64,000 nt of DNA from Dehalococcoidia bacterium (lineage in GTDB: Bacteria; Chloroflexota; Dehalococcoidia; Lucifugimonadales; UBA3495), in NCBI GenBank assembly GCA_963664375.1, contig OY761449.1, positions 1,867,087 through 1,931,086 of the forward strand. Direction: 5' to 3'. A program made the translations under genes and the position numbers. A model generated the notes under the pieces. It saw only the letters and a program-made list of their open reading frames with translations, was not told where the DNA came from and did no database searches. Of this stretch, positions 63,439 to 64,000 are shown one piece after another (within the stretch, counting starts at the first letter, position 1; every line of letters starts with the position of its first letter).

Positions 63439-63862
63439 TTTTCGCACTCCGCCTCTCGACCTCCTCAATATCCTCGGGAACGATGTCTCTCCAGTCCTCT
63501 ATGGCATCCTTTCCGGTCGCGATTTGCTCGTTTACCAAGGCCTGAATTAAGTCGAGCCTGTGGTCTGGGCTCTCACGTTTAAGCTCTTCGATTCTGTTCG
63601 ACAACCGATACAGGCTATTATACTGCGCCAACACTCGCCTGAAGGCGGCCCGTGCGTGCGGCTTAATCGCCCCAAGGGCGCCTTCCCATGCCGACTTTCT
63701 GCCAAACGTGTACGTGCCGAACAGGCCAAGCCCTAAGATTAGGATTTGGAACAGTGCAATTTCTACCGGGGACATGTTCCTGAAGGCACTCAGCGTCACC
63801 AGCAAAACAGCCACTAGGAGCGAAGCCGCCAAGAGAAGGAAAACGTGAAAATTGCTCTTCAT
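63431..63862 (-). CDS. hypothetical 2-TM protein with helical cytoplasmic domain
   Basis: Two N-terminal hydrophobic spans, then a charged helical region. Apparently translationally coupled to 62998..63438. Confidence 0.4.
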   Translation of the reverse strand: MKSNFHVFLLLAASLLVAVLLVTLSAFRNMSPVEIALFQILILGLGLFGTYTFGRKSAWEGALGAIKPHARAAFRRVLAQYNSLYRLSNRIEELKRESPDHRLDLIQALVNEQIATGKDAIEDWRDIVPEDIEEVERRSAKND

Positions 63863-64000
63863 TGTGTGGAATATACAGCCGAGAGGGTTTCAAGGCAACT
63901 GTCAGACCAGCTGGCAGCGCAGTCGCGGATGGCACTAGCAGAAGCAGTGTGGCCGGAAATGTATGGGCCGGCGCAACGGAATCCTGGGCCCTGCATCCCT

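Overview
High-GC bacterial chromosomal segment. The gene content (several family III CoA-transferases, crotonases, SDRs, MFS transporters, an LLM monooxygenase, Uma2 nucleases) suggests a Chloroflexota-like organism, but this is a low-confidence inference. I support about 64 protein genes and one tRNA-Leu(CAA). Housekeeping genes include the glyQS 3' end, birA, a hisZ-hisG-X-hisD-hisC-hisB cluster, cysS, meaB, an HtrA protease, an NfeD/stomatin pair, hpf, sodC and tenA. Between them sit acyl-CoA catabolic paralogues, two toxin-antitoxin pairs, a methyltransferase-Mrr nuclease fusion beside the tRNA, an ATP-grasp/transglutaminase/alpha-E operon and four Uma2-family nuclease genes, three of them in a mosaic tandem array. 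The most striking feature is non-coding. Nearly every intergenic gap holds members of a few interspersed repeat families. There are 31 copies of a palindrome (REP-A) whose 3' arm plus tail is a four-tract G-quadruplex motif. There are two MITE-like families with TA or TWA flanks. There is a GNRA-loop hairpin family with compensatory stem changes, and a GTAGGGGCGC-type palindrome. Other points worth a second look are a CysRS-glycosyltransferase fusion, a covalently duplicated CoA-transferase, catalytically degenerate SDR and CoA-transferase partners, a long-form HisG coupled to a HisZ-like gene, and an unassigned metallohydrolase-like gene inside the his cluster. Many long ORFs in the six-frame track are antisense or off-frame shadows typical of high-GC DNA and are not reported as genes. 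No rRNA, CRISPR array, transposase or integrase was found.
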